From the NCBI RefSeq assembly GCF_018350175.1, contig NC_058383.1:22880001-22944000 (forward strand): DNA of 64,000 nt, in the 5' to 3' direction. The notes beneath the pieces were generated by a model. The model had not been told where the DNA came from. It saw only the letters and a list, made by a program, of their open reading frames with translations, and ran no database searches. The stretch's first letter is position 1. Every line of letters starts with the position of its first letter. Made by a program: the position numbers and the translations under genes. This document shows positions 61,096-64,000 of the stretch, in pieces. The DNA comes from Felis catus (lineage: Eukaryota).

Positions 61096-61904
61096 AAATA
61101 TTCGGTAGATGTTAAAAACAATTGTGCAGTGGCATGTGGGTATGAAAATTGGAAAGGTGTTTTGCATGACTTCATGGTGATAGAGAGCGTATCCCACTAC
61201 AGACCCCTAACCCTGTTCCTGAAGCTGTGGAAAGAAGTCAGCATGGTGGGCCCCATCTTGGTAGCTAGGTTGTGGGAGCCAGGCTGAGGGCAGACACGCT
61301 CTGCTGGACGCCGAGGCTGGTGCTGGGGGTCCCATGAGAACAGTCCAACTGTAAGGGAAATCTGAGGCCAGGTCCCTGTTCCTCTGTTCCCACTGGCCAG
61401 GTGCTCAGGGTATAGACAGGGGCATGTAGGCCCTGGCAGGTGCCTGATGCTTGCACTGGGAAGCTTGCCGATGTCTCTTCCCTCCCTAGTTCCCTTTGCA
61501 CCACTGGGCAACCCTCCAGAGGGCAGAATTCTTGGGTGTTTTTTGGTGGAAGTTTCTGTACTCTGGCTGAGTGCCTGGCTGGCTGCTGCCACACTTCCTG
61601 AGGGGAAGGGGAGGGGTGGCACCAGCCCTCAGTCCTGGAACTGAGTGAGTTCCGACCTCAGTCTGAAGCCTGCATCTTTCCTGGAAATGGCTGTTGGCTG
61701 AGGCAATTCTTTGTATTCCATCAGGTCAGTGGCAAAGAAGAGACTTTGTCCGGGGAACGGAGGATCATGCGAATCCCTTGGGAGGTGGGGGTCCTTGAAA
61801 ATGATTTGATGGGCAACATGTTCAGTGTTGGTGAGGGCTCTGGTCCCAGGTGTGCTTCCCGGGTGCCAGGAGAGGATGGCTAGGTCGTGAGAGGCTCTGA
61901 GTGG

Positions 61905-62345
61905 GCATGCTCACTGGTTATCAGGGAAATGCAAATTCGAGCAATGGAGTCTCTTCCCTCTTCAGAGTGGCAGAGCCTTTGAAAGTCTGACAGTGATGCG
62001 GGAGAAATGGTATTCTCTGACATTGTGAGTGGGAGAGGGTCTGGGGACATTGATTTGGGAGAACAAATGAACACTCTAGAAAAATGTTAGTGCCTGTTGC
62101 CTAAAAAGCCTTTACACACGTGCATAAGGAAGCATGTACAGATTTGTTCACTGAGGCACGGTTGGTAATGGCAAAAGAAAACAAAAACAAAACTGGATAC
62201 AACTGATATACCCAGCAGTAAGAGAATGGATGAATAAGATGTGATTGTGGCAATTAAAATAAATAACCCGTACTATATGCATCAATATGGCTAGAGCTGA
62301 AAAACATAATACTGAATGAAAAAAAAGCGTGTTGCAGGGTGATAA
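61905..62345 (+). mobile_element. Old L1ME fragment
   Basis: cactggttatcagggaaatgcaaatt (SLVIREMQI of L1 ORF2). Confidence 0.7.
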
Positions 62346-62349
62346 GTAT

Positions 62350-62910
62350 ATTGGTTATCTATTGCCATGTGACAAATTATCCCCAAACTTAGTGGCTTGA
62401 AACTACCACACACATTTATTATCTTCCTGGTTTGAGTGAGTCATGAATTTAAGTGGGAGGTCCCGTTCAGGGTTTGTTATGAAGTTAAAGCCAAGATGTC
62501 AGCTGGGGCTGCAGTCATCTGAAGACTTGGTTGGGACTGGGTGATCCATTTCTGGGGCGGCTTATTCACCTGGCTGTAAGTTCACACTGATTGCTCTTGA
62601 GGGGCCTGAGTTCCTCCCCTTGTAAGCCTCTCCATGGGACTCCTTGAGTCCCCTTACAACATAGCAGCTGACTTGCCCCCAGAGTAAGCGATCCACAAAA
62701 GCACAAGGCAGGAGCAGCAATGTCTTTTATAATTTTGTTTTGGGAGTCACACGCCATCCCTTCTGCCACATTCTATTCATTGGGAATAATGAATAGAATT
62801 CATTCTATTCTACACTGAGTTTAGTGTACACTTAAAGGAAGAGAAATTAGGCTCCATTTTTCAAAGGAAGAATGTGAAAGAATTTGTGGGCGTATTTTAA
62901 AACTAGCCTA
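62350..62910 (-). mobile_element. MLT1F/G-type MaLR LTR
   Basis: tatctattgccatgtgacaaattatccccaaacttagtggcttgaaac...ggggctgcagtcatctgaagacttg. Confidence 0.85.
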
Positions 62911-63194
62911 TGTATGATTTGATACCATTTATGTAGTTTAAAAGAATACATTACATGCATAAGCCTGGCCAATCAGAGCTCCCTACCACCCTGGCTACGG
63001 TGATAGCTTCAGGGATAGTTATGTGGCACGACTTAGGCTGATCAGAAATCTTCCCAGCCCTTGCCTACTAGAGATTCTGTCTTTGTTCGGGGGTTGCTAG
63101 GCTTTTCGGATGTAAGTCTTAGACTGCTTAAGTACATTTTGGCCACCAGAATTGAGAGAGCCTTTCTGAAGGACTAAAAGAAAGTTACAGCCTT

Positions 63195-63430
63195 GGGGCG
63201 CCTGGGTGGCTCAGTCGGTTGAGCGTCCGACTTCGGCTCAGGTCACGATCTCGCGGTCCGTGAGTTCGAGCCCTGCATCAGGCTCTGGGCTGATGGCTCA
63301 GAGCCTGGAGCCTGCTTCCGATTCTGTGTCTCCCTCTCTCTCTGCCCCTCCCCCGTTCATGCTCTGTCTCTCTCTGTCTCAAAAATAAATAAACGTTAAA
63401 AAAAAAAATTAAAAAAAAAAAAAAAAAAAA
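63195..63430 (+). mobile_element. Young feline SINEC_Fc with long A tail, inside an old MaLR fragment
   Basis: TSD aaaagaaagttacagcc. Confidence 0.97.
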
Positions 63431-63582
63431 AAAGAAAGTTACAGCCCAAATGAGATCATTTGAGCTCCCGGATCAAGACATGCCTGAAACCTGCGTCATT
63501 ATCTCTAGATTTTTCAGTTACATTGAACAATAAATTCCTTTTTTAACTTATGTTGCTTGAGAATTGGGCTTCCATCCCTTGG

Positions 63583-63840
63583 TCGTATTAGGGTTCTGCC
63601 GGGACACAGAAACAATAGTGTGTGTGTATATATATATATCACACAGCGTCAGTCCCAGTCCAAGCACAGAAGAAAATCGATGTCCAATGTCCCAGCTCAA
63701 CTGAGAGCTGAGCAGGGAGAGTGGATCATCCTTCCTCTGCCTTCTTGTTCTGCTCAGGTCCTCAGCGGCAGAGGATTGGAGGTGTCCCCTCCTATTGGGG
63801 AGGGCCATCTGTTTTACTTAGTCTACCAGTTCAAATGCGA
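63583..63840 (-). mobile_element. MLT2 LTR fragment
   Basis: gtattagggttctgccgggacacagaaacaatag...ttggggagggccatctgttttacttagtctacc. Confidence 0.8.
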
Positions 63841-63842
63841 AT

Positions 63843-64000
63843 GGAGCCCCTGGGTGGCTCATTCGGTTGAACTTCTGACCTTGGCTGACGTCATGGTCTC
63901 ACAGGTTCCTGAGTTCGAACCCCGCATCTGGCTCACTGCTATCAGTGTAGAGAACACTTTGGATCCTCTGTTCTCCTGTATCTCTCTGTCCCTTCCTCTC
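63843..64000 (+). mobile_element. Can-SINE (cut by window end)
   Basis: ggagcccctgggtggctcattcggttg head. Confidence 0.85.

Noticed and set aside
61929..61936. Octamer ATGCAAAT
   Set aside because: Part of L1 ORF2-derived sequence (REMQI), present in many L1 copies
858..63388. Recurring ORFs such as MAQSVERPTSAQV..., FWDRERQSMNGGGAER...
   Set aside because: Translations of Can-SINE copies, not a gene family

Overview
Mammalian genomic DNA, almost certainly from a cat or other felid: it carries about 64 tRNA-derived Can-SINEs (many of the young feline SINEC_Fc type) and feline-type L1 3' ends. No protein-coding exon of a recognisable gene is visible; the six-frame ORFs derive from SINEs, microsatellites, GC-rich sequence or L1. 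The main functional landmark is a CpG-island promoter at ~10.6-11.4 kb with a probable non-coding first exon on the minus strand (donor CAG|GTATGA at 11005/11004). Bases 1-11004 would then be intron 1 of a gene I cannot name, and 11.4-64 kb its repeat-dense upstream region. That region holds MIR, L2, CR1/L3 and old L1M fossils, MaLR/ERVL LTRs and hAT DNA transposons. I found no new biological system I can support. The best leads are several strong-consensus candidate micro-exons (three on the minus strand that would splice in frame), a GC-remodelled MIR at the island edge, an NRF1/Z-DNA-like repeat in intron 1, candidate CTCF sites, and well-preserved nested or tandem retrotransposition events. 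Repeat family names come from recalled consensus sequences, and boundaries are approximate unless a TSD is given.
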